Source: Myxococcales bacterium
GTDB lineage: Bacteria > Myxococcota_A > Polyangia > Polyangiales > DASUME01
NCBI GenBank assembly: GCA_047601445.1
Contig: JASGJH010000001.1
Location: 7,584,001 to 7,648,000 of the forward strand
DNA: 64,000 nucleotides
Reading direction: 5' to 3'
Program-made: the position numbers and the translations under genes
In this document: positions 61,238 through 64,000 of the stretch, in pieces
Numbering within the stretch: the first letter of the stretch is position 1
Layout of the letters: every line of letters begins with the position of its first letter
The notes under the pieces: generated by a model
Database searches by the model: none
Told to the model about the DNA's origin: nothing
What the model saw: the letters and a program-made list of their open reading frames with translations, nothing else

Positions 61238-61867
61238 ATGATGAAGAGCAATCGAACTTCTTTCCGCGCGCGCACTCGCGCGCATCAGCCCCAGCTCATC
61301 ACGTGCGTTGTCGCGCTGGGACTCGTGGGCAGCGCCAGCGCGTGCGCGAAATCAGGTAGCAAAGCTGCCTCGGATTCGACCAAGCGCGCAGCACAGACGA
61401 GTGGCGAGCTCGTGTACAAGGACTCCGTGACCGCCACCGTCGAGTCGGTGGACAAGGACAACCGGCTGGTCACATTGCGCGATCCGGAAGGGGAACCTTT
61501 CACCGTGGCGGTAGGTGAGGGAGTCGCTCTCGAGCGCATGGAGCCGGACGACAAGGTCAATGTGGCCTATCAGGAGTCGCTTGCCTTCGAGCTCCAGGAG
61601 CCCGGTGCAGAGCCCAAGATGGGCGCCGAGACCACGGCCGAGAAGCTGCCCGAGGGCGTGCAGTACGGTCGCAAGGTGACCACTACCGTGGAGATCTTGG
61701 CCGTGGCACCGAAGGGCACCGCGGCGACCTTCCGCAATCAGGAGGGCGACGTGCGCACCGTGGAGGTCGACAACCCGGCCAACCGCGAGAAGGTTTCGCA
61801 CCTGCGCCCCGGCGACAACGTCGAGGTCACCTACACCGAGAAGCTCGCCGTTCAGCTGGAGAAGTAG
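61238..61867 (+). CDS. Hypothetical lipoprotein with two OB-fold-like repeats
   Basis: Lipobox ASAC; ATVESVD..RLVTL..G; LRPGDNVEVTYTE; RBS AAGGAG. Confidence 0.75.
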   Translation: MMKSNRTSFRARTRAHQPQLITCVVALGLVGSASACAKSGSKAASDSTKRAAQTSGELVYKDSVTATVESVDKDNRLVTLRDPEGEPFTVAVGEGVALERMEPDDKVNVAYQESLAFELQEPGAEPKMGAETTAEKLPEGVQYGRKVTTTVEILAVAPKGTAATFRNQEGDVRTVEVDNPANREKVSHLRPGDNVEVTYTEKLAVQLEK

Positions 61868-61912
61868 CGTTCGGCCGAGCCCGCCCGGGACCCTCACGCG
61901 GCGCGGCTGCCT

Positions 61913-64000
<2,088 letters not shown>

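Overview
GC-rich bacterial chromosomal window. Gene content suggests Myxococcota, probably Polyangia-like (inference from Cys-rich lipoproteins, an AgmX/PglI-type C-terminal domain, DUF1844 and DUF4423). Most of 13-64 kb is housekeeping or envelope DNA: lolC/E-like permease, Slt, dnaJ, an ABC exporter, hslO, hemW, ccmAB, a fatty-acid desaturase/AarF/acyl-CoA dehydrogenase cluster, tamB/tamA-like, mpl, suhB, cbiZ, cobO and partial gyrB. Solitary lipoprotein genes are interspersed. The main accessory feature is an integration hotspot at tRNA-Gly(GCC) (minus strand, 12944-13015). A perfect 103-bp direct repeat (7067-7169 = 12883-12985; tRNA 3' half plus its terminator) brackets a ~5.7-kb, more AT-rich islet with no recognisable integrase. 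The islet carries a stand-alone OLD-type ABC-ATPase/TOPRIM nuclease, a 629-aa protein I cannot assign (candidate novel defence gene) and orphan immunity-like ORFs. A third, degenerate tRNA 3'-end copy at 5074-5100 marks an older tandem islet. Other observations: a possible single-chain ExbB/ExbD/TonB-C-like fusion, a di-CxxCH beta-helix protein, two long inverted-repeat elements, a 40-bp tandem repeat and two small ORFs missed by the ORF track. There are also seven single-base frameshifts, five at or beside GATC, probably methylation-linked sequencing errors. All family assignments come from motif recognition by eye, not database searches.
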